From: Wolbachia endosymbiont of Dirofilaria (Dirofilaria) immitis
GTDB lineage: Bacteria; Pseudomonadota; Alphaproteobacteria; Rickettsiales; Anaplasmataceae
NCBI RefSeq assembly: GCF_013365455.1
Contig: NZ_CP046578.1
Coordinates: forward strand, 390,001 to 422,000
Length of the DNA: 32,000 nt
Direction of reading: 5' to 3'
The notes below the pieces were generated by a model, which worked only from the letters and a program-made list of their open reading frames with translations, searched no databases and was not told the origin of the DNA. Positions 1 through 9,158 of the stretch are shown here, piece after piece. Numbering within the stretch: the first letter of the stretch is position 1; each line of letters starts with the position of its first letter. The translations under genes and the position numbers were made by a program.

Positions 1-2
1 GT

Positions 3-389
3 CACTATTCAATAGCAGTGAAGTTTCTGTATATAAGGGGACAAGAGGTGTCATGCGATTTAAAAAAAAGGTTATCTGAGGAAGGTTTTTGCGTTAGAGA
101 AGTTATACTCTATAAGACAGTTATTAAAAAAAGTTTAACTAACAGGTGCAAAAACTTGCTATCAGGCAGCAAAATCAATAGTGTTGTTTTTTTTTCCTCA
201 CAGACAGCAAGAGTATTCTGTTCTTTAGTTCTAAAAAGCGGTCTATCTCACACAATGGGTAATATAATTGCATACACTATGAGTAAGAATATCGCTGACA
301 GTTTAAAGTCAGTTAAATGGAAAAAAATTGTAACATCTAGATTACCTACTAGGGAAAGTTTAATTAATATAATTAATAGAAGTTACTGA
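3..389 (+). CDS. hemD: Uroporphyrinogen-III synthase, C-terminal part; gene runs off the left edge
   Basis: Frame is open upstream of the GTG at 18 to the window edge. The VVFFSSQTARVFCSL and IVTSRLPTRESLINII segments are HemD-like. It directly abuts xth. Confidence 0.7.
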   Translation, partial: HYSIAVKFLYIRGQEVSCDLKKRLSEEGFCVREVILYKTVIKKSLTNRCKNLLSGSKINSVVFFSSQTARVFCSLVLKSGLSHTMGNIIAYTMSKNIADSLKSVKWKKIVTSRLPTRESLINIINRSY

Positions 390-1168
390 TGTTAAAAATT
401 GCAACTTGGAATGTTAACTCTATACGTAGAAGAATTAACCAAGTTTACAATTTCATAATTGATAGTCAAATAGATATAATTCTATTACAGGAGACAAAAT
501 GCACAGAAAAGCAATTTCCTCATGAGGAGATAGAAAAGCTCAGATATAAGTGTGCTATTTATGGGCAAGTTGCGAGAAATGGTGTTTGTGTTTTATCTAA
601 ATATCCAATACTAGAGAAATTTAAAATTGATATTGTAGAAGGTTACCAAGAAGCACGTTATATAGAATGTGTGATAAAGTATGATAATCAGAAAATAAGA
701 GTAGTGAGCGTATACGTTCCGAACGGCCAGAGCATAGATTCTCATGCGTTTGCATATAAGCTCAAGTTTTTTGATAATTTATATGAAAGAATAAGCAGCT
801 TATTGAAGAATGAAGAGCTGACTATTGTAGCTGGTGATTATAATGTTGCACTAGATGGAATTGACGTTTTTGACCCAATTTTACTGAATGATAAAGTGTG
901 TTTCCACATAAGAGAACGTGAAAAATTGAGAACAATCTTGAACCTTGGGTTTAAAGATGCATTTAGGATATCTCATGTAGATCTACAGCAGTTTACTTGG
1001 TGGGATTATCAAGGTAATTCGTTCCGAAATAATCGAGGGATGCGAATAGATTATATGCTGTTATCACCTCAGGCTGCTGATAGGTTAGAAACGTGCTATA
1101 TAGATGACAAATTACGTAAATTGAAAAATCCATCTGATCATGCACCAGTTGTATGTGTTATGGGATAA
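389..1168 (+). CDS. xth: Exodeoxyribonuclease III / AP endonuclease family
   Basis: Motifs MLKIATWNVNSIR, LLQETK, GDYNVA, RIDYML and SDHAPV are characteristic of the ExoIII/EEP family. Confidence 0.95.
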   Translation: MLKIATWNVNSIRRRINQVYNFIIDSQIDIILLQETKCTEKQFPHEEIEKLRYKCAIYGQVARNGVCVLSKYPILEKFKIDIVEGYQEARYIECVIKYDNQKIRVVSVYVPNGQSIDSHAFAYKLKFFDNLYERISSLLKNEELTIVAGDYNVALDGIDVFDPILLNDKVCFHIREREKLRTILNLGFKDAFRISHVDLQQFTWWDYQGNSFRNNRGMRIDYMLLSPQAADRLETCYIDDKLRKLKNPSDHAPVVCVMG

Positions 1169-1508
1169 GAGGGTTCTTTAAAGAAAGAGTATAATGGTTA
1201 TATAATATTATACTAAAAGCTATAATGGTCCTCCATATAAAATACTTTATGTAATAAGGGTAGGGGTAGGGGATAGTTGAAGCAAAGTTTGTGAAGTCAA
1301 TTCTGTAAAGTAGATATTGTGAAATACGTTAAAAATCTGAAGTTTAAAGAAACGGCGAAAATGGTACTAGAAAGCTGTATGTTATATGGTATAATATATA
1401 TAGCATAAGAGTTGAGAGAAGTTTATTAGTAACTTTAGGGGTTAATACTTATTAAATATTCAGCACTATAAAATCGAGGTATATGCTTTAATTACGTCAG
1501 GAGGTAAC

Positions 1509-2879
1509 ATGACAAATAATTTTTCTGATAACAACTCAAGCAATAGTTCAATTTATCTTGGGAAGGTTACAGCAGAAGACTTATCTGTAGGAGAGAAACT
1601 AAATCACTTTAAAGCTGCTGCAGAAGAGGTTGAAAAGCGTGTTGCTGCTAAACGCGTTGAACTGCAAAATCAGGCATTCAGTCACGTTGATAGCTTGCTA
1701 TCTAAGAAGCTGAATCTTGAAGAGGATTTTAGTAGAGTAATATCTTGTTTAGAGGTTCATTCTAATAGGGAAGATAATTATTTTACAGCTGGTGTAGATG
1801 CTTTGCTAGAAAAGCTTTTCAGATTTTTTAACTTCACAGATAGTGAGCTTGAAATGGATATAGATCCGCAAATCTATCGCATGGTAAAAGAAAAAGAAGA
1901 GAAAAATCACGTTGCTACAATCATAAAACTTATTCATGATAAACTTAAGGCATTAATTAAAAAAGTCTTTTCAAAAGACTTAAATTTCGATGAAAGATTA
2001 GATGAAGAAATGAAAGAGTTACAAAAAAAGTTGGGTAGTGGTGAGTTATCTATGAGGGAGTTTACAAAAATACTCAATCGTTTAAAATTGTTGCAAAATT
2101 TGAAGCTAAAAATTCAACTATTCTTAGTTGAGTGGCTAATTTCTTCAGTTGCAGAGCTACTTTCAGTTGGGATTACAGTTTTAACAGAAACAATCGAAGA
2201 AGAAGATAAAAAAACAGAGAAAACATTACTAAGAGAAGAAGCAACTGAGGAAGCTTGCAAAGATGTAGAAATTAAAGTTGATAGAGAAAAGAGAAATCAA
2301 CTCATGTATGATAGTATCATTTCAGTGTCAAGCACTGGAGTTTGGTTGAGAAAGATAATTTTTCTGGCTAAGGAGGAACAAGAGTCTTTACCAGAGTCTT
2401 TTAAAATTACTAGATCTTTTGAACACAAGGATAATATAGATAAAAATAAATCTAAGATATTAAAACATGATGAGCAAAAAATAGGACAGAGAGAAAAAAA
2501 GGAAGGACTGAAGGTGTCTGTGTGTTCATTGAAACCTATAGAGGGAAAACTTGTGAAAGGTGGAATAACATTTGATTCTAAAAGCCAAGGAGTATCTACT
2601 GGTTATAATATAGATTTTAATGAAGGTATTAATGAAATAAGAACCGCGTCTATTAATAAATGTAGTGCTGGCAAGAAAGAATCTAAGTCTATCAGTGGGC
2701 ATGAAATGGATGTTCTTGGTGATGAGCTTAAGGAGAAAGTTATTGAGAAGAGTTCACAAAGAGGAAAGTCTGCTACTGTTAATAACCATCAACCAACAGG
2801 TGAGTGTAAAGGTGTAAAAGTTAATAATTATGTAGACTTAATAAAAACACTAGAAAGAGCGTCATTGAGAGGTAGGTAA
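1509..2879 (+). CDS. Uncharacterised, highly charged, helix/coiled-coil-rich protein with one hydrophobic segment
   Basis: 456-aa ORF with a strong Shine-Dalgarno (GAGG) just before ATG. Hydrophobic stretch LFLVEWLISSVAELLSVGITVL; polar, low-complexity C-terminal half. Confidence 0.8.
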   Translation: MTNNFSDNNSSNSSIYLGKVTAEDLSVGEKLNHFKAAAEEVEKRVAAKRVELQNQAFSHVDSLLSKKLNLEEDFSRVISCLEVHSNREDNYFTAGVDALLEKLFRFFNFTDSELEMDIDPQIYRMVKEKEEKNHVATIIKLIHDKLKALIKKVFSKDLNFDERLDEEMKELQKKLGSGELSMREFTKILNRLKLLQNLKLKIQLFLVEWLISSVAELLSVGITVLTETIEEEDKKTEKTLLREEATEEACKDVEIKVDREKRNQLMYDSIISVSSTGVWLRKIIFLAKEEQESLPESFKITRSFEHKDNIDKNKSKILKHDEQKIGQREKKEGLKVSVCSLKPIEGKLVKGGITFDSKSQGVSTGYNIDFNEGINEIRTASINKCSAGKKESKSISGHEMDVLGDELKEKVIEKSSQRGKSATVNNHQPTGECKGVKVNNYVDLIKTLERASLRGR

Positions 2880-2954
2880 CATGAAGAGTGGAAGAAAATT
2901 AATGATAGGTTAGATTTTGTGATTATGGTGTTTATACTTAAATAGGGTATTTTG

Positions 2955-3086
2955 ATGCATGTTGTAAGAAAACTGATTTTAGTGGTATTAACTACTTTAG
3001 TGATAAAGGAAATACTGTTTCGGTATGCGGTGCTGAAATTTAGAAGTGTAAGAAGAAGTATGAAAAGAGAGAATAAAGTTTTTTAA
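2955..3086 (+). CDS. Possible 43-aa small hydrophobic/basic protein, or a gene remnant
   Basis: Manual translation: MHVVRKLILVVLTTLVIKEILFRYAVLKFRSVRRSMKRENKVF*. It is shorter than the ORFs in the supplied track. Confidence 0.25.
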   Translation: MHVVRKLILVVLTTLVIKEILFRYAVLKFRSVRRSMKRENKVF

Positions 3087-3106
3087 AGGAAAATATAAAA
3101 AAAGTG

Positions 3107-3135
3107 TTTACACTTAAATTTATTTTTAGCATACT
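3107..3135 (+). promoter_or_regulatory. Candidate sigma70-like promoter for the 3164 ORF
   Basis: TTTACA (3107-3112), 17-nt spacer, CATACT (3130-3135), 28 nt upstream of ATG 3164. In AT-rich DNA such matches are weak evidence. Confidence 0.35.
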
Positions 3136-3163
3136 AGTTATATAATACTCTTATTAAGGTAAC

Positions 3164-3355
3164 ATGCATAGTAATAATGGTGAGAAAAGTAATTGGGGGC
3201 CTCAACCTGATGGTACATGGGTTCCAAGCGATAAGTATGAAAGAGTTGATATTAATAAATACAAGTTAGAAAAGCGAAAACGTGAAAGTGACAAACCTGA
3301 TACACAACTAGGTAGTAGTACTGTTACTAGTGCTAGTGGTGGTAAAAGTAAGTAA
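3164..3355 (+). CDS. Small 63-aa uncharacterised hydrophilic protein
   Basis: Intact ORF with AAGG upstream of ATG. Unusual Trp/Pro-rich start (NWGPQPDGTWVPSDKYERVD) and Ser/Gly/Lys-rich tail. Confidence 0.5.
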   Translation: MHSNNGEKSNWGPQPDGTWVPSDKYERVDINKYKLEKRKRESDKPDTQLGSSTVTSASGGKSK

Positions 3356-3387
3356 TACTGTTTCATAACAATTTTAGTGGGGAAGTT

Positions 3388-5442
3388 ATGGATAATTCTG
3401 TAAAAGGGTTGATTAATGTATTTAACTTAAATAATTATTTTTGTGATAGGGTTAATACTAATTTAATTATAGAAGGTAAAAAAATTATTGGTTTATTTGC
3501 TTATGGCACTAATGTGGCAGAGTATCTACATAGGGTGGGGAAGGAGATAATAAAACAGCAATATCTTGATAGGGAGATAGTAGCAGGTAGGTATTATAAC
3601 TTAAACTGTTTTCCATTTGTTTTAAGTGCTAATAATAAAAAGTATTTAGATAAAGATGTTATGATAGTGGAGCTTGCAGATTCTACAAATAAAGAAGTAA
3701 TCCACAATTTAAAGGTACATCTAGTTAATGAGCTTGATAGGGCTGTGACATTGAAATTGATTGCACGTTTAGTAGTAGAGACAGGAATAACAGAAGAAGA
3801 AGGTCATGAATGGGTAAGAGGCACTGTTAAAATAGGAGCATTCTATGGGCATAATCCTTTGAAAAAACACTATCTATATTGTATAGCTTTTGACGGTGAA
3901 TACTTTGAAAGGGAAGGTTATGATTCAGAGACTCTTGAATTATTTAAAAAGATGTATATTCAAGAACTTGACTTAAGGTTGAGAGAGTGTAATCTCGAGA
4001 GTTTTGACTTTTATCACTATGAAGGTGATATATTATATATTAAAAATGTGAGTGATAAGGTAGTTGAAAATGTAGCAAGGTATGTTAGAGGGCGAATAGC
4101 ACTTAGTTTTAGAACTTTAGGTGAAAAGTATTCTAAGGTTGAGAATTTTAAAGGTGTTCTTGGTGGTTTAATTTTTAAATGGGCAGGAAAGTTTGTTGAT
4201 GGTTATGATTATGACGTTTTTACGGATGAAAAAGAAAGAGAAGGTGGCAATTATTTTGCTCTTATACCTTTAATAAGAAGGTATGACGGCCAACTTGAAC
4301 TCCTAAAGTGTGGTGATGTGCATAAGATTAATGCAGCAGTGCATGAAACTCTTATGAGTGATATTAGAGGCAAAACTACAAGACTGAGTGTTACCAATTG
4401 TGAAAGTCCAGTTCATGCTATCTCTAATAAAAAAATTGCTCAGGTGCTCCCTGAGATTATGCAGTCTCCGATTGCGTATAATGAAAGAACTGGACATTTT
4501 GAATTTGCAGCTGATCTTGGATTAAGCCCTAAGTTAGATTTTAGGTCCCCTAAACCTGATTCAGAGGTGTTTACTGTATTTCAATATCGGGATGAAAGTA
4601 CTAGCTACTTAGGTATTCCTGAGGTGACTGATGTACAACTTAGTTCAATATTGAGTCAGAGTAACAATTATCTTTCTTGCGTACCAGTTACATCAAACCT
4701 AACCTTGCTAAAGGAAGTATTTAACAAATATCTGGGTTCTGACGAGAAAAGTGAGTCACTAAAGTCATTGTTTGGACAAGTATGGGTACAGCCGCTCAGT
4801 CAAGGATCAGGGCGAGAGGTAGGAAGGGAAAAGCTGTGTCATAATATAAATTTATCAGTAGCAAGTGATAAATTCTCAAGAAAAGTGGCTTCTGAGTTAT
4901 CATCTCTAAATGATGATATTTTAGGGTGCAGATCTATAGCACATGACAGTCAACAAGTGTCACTATCATTTCCTTCTTCAGTTTCTGATAAGAATAGTGA
5001 TAGGCGTTCTAAAGCAGAGTCTAGAGAGAGTAGAGCCGGTAGTAGGCCTGAAAATAGTGAGTTTCTAAAGAAGAAATATAGAGTTAGTTGTTTACATAGT
5101 AAAGAAGGAGAATTAAAGGACACTTCATCGGAGTTGCAGGGGTCTAGTATACTAAATACTGATGATAAATCTTTTATAACAAAGATGTTATCTCCATTTA
5201 AGCAAGAAATTCCTAAGATTGCAATTATTGAGATTCCACGTATATCATTAATGCTGCACAGACAGTGTGGTCAGGAATCTAAATCTCAGCAGGAGTTATT
5301 TTCTATACGTACTCCTCTTAGTGTGCTATGTAAAGGAGTTACAATGTCATTAAAATCAAAGCTTGATCTGCCTCCAGGAGGAAAATTAGATTCCCCAAAT
5401 GTTGAAAAACATGTGCAGAAGCAGCAAGTACAAAAAAGGTAA
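3388..5442 (+). CDS. Uncharacterised 684-aa protein with an apparently folded N-terminal region (~370 aa) and a Ser/Lys-rich C-terminal tail
   Basis: Long intact ORF with GGGGAAG ribosome-binding site upstream. No family recognised by eye. Confidence 0.85.
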   Translation: MDNSVKGLINVFNLNNYFCDRVNTNLIIEGKKIIGLFAYGTNVAEYLHRVGKEIIKQQYLDREIVAGRYYNLNCFPFVLSANNKKYLDKDVMIVELADSTNKEVIHNLKVHLVNELDRAVTLKLIARLVVETGITEEEGHEWVRGTVKIGAFYGHNPLKKHYLYCIAFDGEYFEREGYDSETLELFKKMYIQELDLRLRECNLESFDFYHYEGDILYIKNVSDKVVENVARYVRGRIALSFRTLGEKYSKVENFKGVLGGLIFKWAGKFVDGYDYDVFTDEKEREGGNYFALIPLIRRYDGQLELLKCGDVHKINAAVHETLMSDIRGKTTRLSVTNCESPVHAISNKKIAQVLPEIMQSPIAYNERTGHFEFAADLGLSPKLDFRSPKPDSEVFTVFQYRDESTSYLGIPEVTDVQLSSILSQSNNYLSCVPVTSNLTLLKEVFNKYLGSDEKSESLKSLFGQVWVQPLSQGSGREVGREKLCHNINLSVASDKFSRKVASELSSLNDDILGCRSIAHDSQQVSLSFPSSVSDKNSDRRSKAESRESRAGSRPENSEFLKKKYRVSCLHSKEGELKDTSSELQGSSILNTDDKSFITKMLSPFKQEIPKIAIIEIPRISLMLHRQCGQESKSQQELFSIRTPLSVLCKGVTMSLKSKLDLPPGGKLDSPNVEKHVQKQQVQKR

Positions 5443-6798
5443 AGTACCTGAAGTATAGTATTAGTTTTGGTTGGTTAATTCACTACTGTCTAGCTGCAGT
5501 GAATGATCAAAATTATCTGACTTCTAGGGCTTTTATGGCTGCATGTATCGCATAATACTGTTGATTGGAACAATTTAGTAAAACTAAGTGAGCTTATCAT
5601 TGTAATGTACTATTCCTATAATGGTTAGGTCACTACTACTTGTACCTAATTCAGTGCTAATTTGCTGCTTTTCTATTATTCAATGGATTCTTCTGATGAT
5701 TATTTATAATTTTATTTATATCAAGTTGGTTCTCTAAAAGATTAAATTGTTCTTGGACTCATCCTATGCCTTACTATTTTTTAGTAGATGAACAACCGCG
5801 TAAGGATAGATGAAATATCTTTATAATTGTTTCCTTTTCTCAGACTCTTTGACTGTGTGACTTCTGAAACACTTTTTTCTTTTAAAAAAAGAGCTTTTAT
5901 TTAAACTTGATCTATTTTTTAACTTACTAAACTTTAACTTTATTTTTATTGCTAATCTCTACCTTTATTTTTTTATAATTTCCCACTACTTTAGTAATGA
6001 AAGATATTTTAACACCACTTTATGTAAGACACCTGTATAATTTCTTTTTCTATGATAATGCCTGAACTTTATGTTCATTTGCTATATCGCCTTTGTTAGT
6101 ATATAATAGAACCACTTTAGTGTTTTCCCTTAATTGAGAGGACGTCACTTGTCGTCTACCTTGCTGGTGTGTATATTTCGTCCTTTAGTACTACCGGATT
6201 TATTGTTTTGATTGGACGTTATCTTGATCATAACCTAATAGCTATTCTGAGCTTTGGGTTTTGTCCTTCAGTAATTGGTATTTAGTTTCTTGAGTATAGA
6301 CTATATTATTCATGTCTCAGAAAATCGTCTAAATTATCTTTTTCAGTTATACTTGCTTTGTAAAAGCTTTGATTAATTTTACGGTATTGTTGTGACAATA
6401 CTTCTCTTCTTTTTTTTCTCACCAGTACTGCTAAAAGTAAAACTTACTTTTATATAAGCTTTAAGCTTAGTGCAGTACACAATCAAGCAAATAGAATTTA
6501 GAGCCTGCTTGTTGAATCCATAATGTTTGGTGTTTTATGAAGGACTATAGCAATTTGTTTGCTTCACGGTACTTGTTACTTTTCAATCTATCTATGTGAC
6601 TTTATATACTGATAATTATTACGTCCATACTTCCAAATATTGTTTAAGTATAGCTCGATAAATTTTGGAGAGTTGATTTTGTTATGACTTTATGTATTTA
6701 CTTCAATAAAAACATACAAGTAAGTTAATTTACCTGTGAAGATGAATTATTATAGCTTCAGCTTATGATACCAATGTTCTGCAAATTTAATGAATAAT

Positions 6799-8280
6799 TT
6801 ACCTTTTTAACTTTATTGAAGTAAAAAATTGATTTCCATTGCGGTAAACAAGCAGCATTATTGCTTTTTTGCTATCTTGCTTTTTTGTGAGATTTATTTG
6901 ATTTTGAAAACTTTCAACATTTTCTATATCAGCCTCATTTATTTGCATAATGATGTCTCCTTTTTTAAGGTCACGCAATGTAGGATTTTTATGAACATCT
7001 ACATTAGTAATTATTACACCTTTTATGGATGATGCACTGCTTTCTTTTGATTCTTTGGATAAATTTGAAATGGTTAAACCAGTTATATAATCAGATGTCA
7101 ATGTGTTTTCTTCTTGATTATTATCTTGGTTATCATTTATAGATTCTCCAATAGTAGCCTTGATATTTATTTCTTTACCCTTTCTCAATAATTTAATTTG
7201 CACTTTTTTTCCAGGTTCAGTTCTTGAAACTATGTGAGGTAATTGTGCCATTCTATCAACTATTTTACCGTCAAATTCTAGTAATACATCACCCACTTTA
7301 ATTCCACCCTTTTCTGCAGGACTACCCTTTACTATGCTTGCAACTAATGCACCTTTCGTATCTTTTAAACCTAAGGACTCTGCAAACTCTACTGTTATAC
7401 GTTGAACTTGTACACCAAGCCAACCATGTTTTACCTTTTTACCATCTTTTAACTTATCAATGATTGGTACAGCTAGGTTAGATGGTATAGCAAAGCCTAT
7501 ACCTACATTACCGCCAGACTCAGATGGAGAATAAATAGCAGTATTAATACCTATAACCTTTCCGTTTAAATCAAATAATGGCCCTCCAGAGTTACCTCTG
7601 TTAATTGCAGCGTCGGTTTGAATAAATTCATTCATAGTGCCAATACTAATATCTCTAGACCTTGCAGATATGATTCCTGTACTTACGGAACCACCTAGGC
7701 CAAATGGATTACCTATTGCCATAACCATATCACCAACTCTTGCTTTATCAGAATTACCGAGTGTTACAAAGGAGAAATCTTTGTCAGCTTTGATTTTAAG
7801 CACAGCAAGATCAGTTTTTGCATCATAGCCTAAAACTTCTGCTTTGAAATAAGTATCATCATTCATAGTGACTGTGATATGTTGAGCGTTTTTAATAACA
7901 TGGTAATTAGTTACTATAATTCCACTTTTGTCTATAATAAACCCAGATCCAAGTAGTATTGCTTCTCTGTTAATGTTAGGACTTTTATCCATAAAAAATT
8001 GGTCAAAGTGTTCAAAGAACTCTCTAAAACCATCAAAGAACTCATTTCTTGGCAATGGAACTCTAGTTCTGTTACTATTTCCTTGTTTAATGACCTGCTC
8101 ACTCGAAATACTTACGAATGCGGGGATAAGCTCTTCCACTAAGTCGGCAAGCCCTTGATTACAATTGTATATAGAAGTATTGATATCTGTAGCCTTTTCC
8201 GTGCTCCAGTTAAATACTCTAGCATACAAAGAGAATGAAATTAAAAGACATAAAAATATAAATAAAACCTTACTTCTCAT
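6799..8280 (-). CDS. htrA: Do/DegP/HtrA-type periplasmic serine endoprotease with signal peptide and PDZ domains
   Basis: N-terminal signal (MRSKVLFIFLCLLISFSLYA), catalytic motifs NYHVIKNA (His), DLAVLKI (Asp), GNSGGPLF (Ser), then PDZ-like segments. Confidence 0.95.
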   Translation of the reverse strand: MRSKVLFIFLCLLISFSLYARVFNWSTEKATDINTSIYNCNQGLADLVEELIPAFVSISSEQVIKQGNSNRTRVPLPRNEFFDGFREFFEHFDQFFMDKSPNINREAILLGSGFIIDKSGIIVTNYHVIKNAQHITVTMNDDTYFKAEVLGYDAKTDLAVLKIKADKDFSFVTLGNSDKARVGDMVMAIGNPFGLGGSVSTGIISARSRDISIGTMNEFIQTDAAINRGNSGGPLFDLNGKVIGINTAIYSPSESGGNVGIGFAIPSNLAVPIIDKLKDGKKVKHGWLGVQVQRITVEFAESLGLKDTKGALVASIVKGSPAEKGGIKVGDVLLEFDGKIVDRMAQLPHIVSRTEPGKKVQIKLLRKGKEINIKATIGESINDNQDNNQEENTLTSDYITGLTISNLSKESKESSASSIKGVIITNVDVHKNPTLRDLKKGDIIMQINEADIENVESFQNQINLTKKQDSKKAIMLLVYRNGNQFFTSIKLKR

Positions 8281-8283
8281 AAA

Positions 8284-9156
8284 CTATTTCCATCCCTTAT
8301 TTAAAATATCTAAGAAATTATTATTTGGTGAAAGTATGAACTTAGTGCTATTTCCAGTAAATGATTTACTGTAAGCGTTCATAGAACGGTAAAAGTTAAA
8401 AAACTCTTCGTCATCCTTAAATACCTCATTATAAATTCTAGTTGCTTCAGCATAGCCACGCCCCCTTATTTCATGGGCTTCTTTTACTGCACTAGCAATA
8501 ATTTCCCTTTTTTGTTTATCAGCTTTTGATCTAATTTCCTGTCCTATTTGTTCCCCTTTTGCTCTTATTTCTTTTGCTTCTTTCTCTCTTTCAGTTTGCA
8601 TACGGCGGAATATTGCAGAACTATTCTCCTCTGGTAAGTCTGCTCTTTTAATTCTTACATCTATTATTTCTATACCAAATTTTTCAGCTTCAGAGTAAAC
8701 TCCACGCTGGATTAATTGCATAACTTCTGACCTTTTTTCATTCAGTAAGCTAATTAGTGAAAATCTAACTATATTTTCTCTTAGGTGGGCTTCTATAATT
8801 GGATATAATCTTCTAACTAACCCTAACTCATTTCTTACAGTTTGATAAAAAGTAATAGGATCTACTATTTTATATTTTGCGTAAGCGTCTACTATGATGC
8901 GTTTCTGATCTGAAGTTATTACTTCTCTTGCAGTTGTATCTGGGCTTAGATCTAAAACTCTCTTATCAAGGAATTCTACATTATTTATAAACGGCAACTT
9001 AAAATATAAACCACTTTTTCTAATATCTCTTAAAACTCTGCCCAATTGCATGACTATTGCTTGCTCTGTTTCTTGCACTATGAATATTGAATTAAATAAA
9101 AAGACTAGCAGAACAGTAAATATAGAAACTAAAACAACTTTAGTGTTACTAAGCAT
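8284..9156 (-). CDS. hflC: HflC, SPFH-domain modulator of FtsH
   Basis: Single N-terminal TM, VQETEQAIVMQLGRVLRD, IIDVRIKRADLPEENSSAIFRRMQTEREKEAKEIRAKGEQ. Confidence 0.95.
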   Translation of the reverse strand: MLSNTKVVLVSIFTVLLVFLFNSIFIVQETEQAIVMQLGRVLRDIRKSGLYFKLPFINNVEFLDKRVLDLSPDTTAREVITSDQKRIIVDAYAKYKIVDPITFYQTVRNELGLVRRLYPIIEAHLRENIVRFSLISLLNEKRSEVMQLIQRGVYSEAEKFGIEIIDVRIKRADLPEENSSAIFRRMQTEREKEAKEIRAKGEQIGQEIRSKADKQKREIIASAVKEAHEIRGRGYAEATRIYNEVFKDDEEFFNFYRSMNAYSKSFTGNSTKFILSPNNNFLDILNKGWK

Positions 9157-9158
9157 AA

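Noticed and set aside
7637-8374. Plus-strand ORFs at 7637, 7928 and 8165
   Set aside because: Antisense to htrA/hflC, which have clear domain motifs.
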